From the human T2T-CHM13v2.0 reference genome, Homo sapiens: a stretch of DNA of 64,000 nt. A program made the position numbers and the translations under genes. Positions within the stretch are counted from its first letter, which is position 1; each line of letters begins with the position of its first letter. Under the pieces are notes generated by a model. That model ran no database searches. It had not been told where the DNA came from and saw only the letters and a program-made list of their open reading frames with translations. Location: NCBI RefSeq assembly GCF_009914755.1, contig NC_060936.1. One strand, 5' to 3'. Positions 63,116 to 64,000 of the stretch are shown piece after piece.

Positions 63116-63748
63116 TTTTTTTTTTTTTTGAGACAGATTCTCGCTCTGTTGCCCAGGCTGGAGTGCAGTGGCATGAACTTGGCTTACTGCAAGCTCTGCT
63201 TCCCAGTTCAAGCAATTCTCCTCCCTCAGTCTCCCGGGTAGCTGGGATTACAGGCGCGTGTCACCACACCTGGCTAATTTTTGTATTTCCTAGTAAAGAG
63301 GGGGTTTCACCACATTGGCCAGGCTGGTCTCGAACTCCTGACCTCAGGTTATCCACCCGCCTCGGCCTCCCAAAGTGCTGGGATTACAGGCATGAGCCAC
63401 TGAGCCTGGCCAATAATGGTTTTTAAAGTATAGATTCCTGTAAGATATCTAAATTTACAAAGCATCAAACATCTCTGTATAAGCCAATTAAATCTCACAT
63501 ATAAAATCTCTATAATTTTATAGGGATCCTATGAAAGGGAACTCAGGCTGCTTTTGGTCTCACACTTGACTGGGGTGCTCAGTCAAGTACTCATTAACTG
63601 TTCAGCTGTGCGTGAGGCACTAATTATCCCCCATCTTCTGTTCTGCACATGACTTGCAGCCTCATTCAGTCAAATATTTGAGAATGTACTATGTCAGGGA
63701 CTGAGGATGCAATGATGATAAATACAATCCCAGGGCTTGAGGAGTTCA

Positions 63749-64000
<252 letters not shown>

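Overview
Primate (human-like) genomic DNA that is extremely Alu-rich. I recognise it as the MMP19 locus (human 12q13.2, from memory). Bases 1-2.9 kb hold the last three exons of the TMEM198B unitary pseudogene (+), with a TGG>TGA stop and an Alu inserted 7 nt into an exon. Bases 3.7-9.7 kb hold the complete 9-exon MMP19 gene (-). Its exons splice GT-AG into a 1527-nt ORF (508 aa), with a TATA/AP-1 promoter upstream. The remaining ~54 kb has no intact gene and is a stack of nested mobile elements. A ~16-kb two-LTR ERV1 (MER4-group) provirus with PBS and PPT sits inside a HAL1-like element. It carries a co-oriented OLA1 processed pseudogene (itself hit by AluJ, MLT2A and AluS), a U1 snRNA retrocopy with a 3' extension in its 5' LTR, a doubly truncated SVA and an AluYa5. 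The structures least explained by standard annotation are a templated direct-plus-inverted copy of neighbouring DNA inside one Alu with fold-back junctions (15.8-16.45 kb), a second snap-back insertion in an Alu (45.06 kb), and an AluY-L1PA chimeric retrocopy (21.5-21.9 kb). I found no evidence for a new coding system. Repeat subfamily names are recalled from consensus sequences and were not searched.
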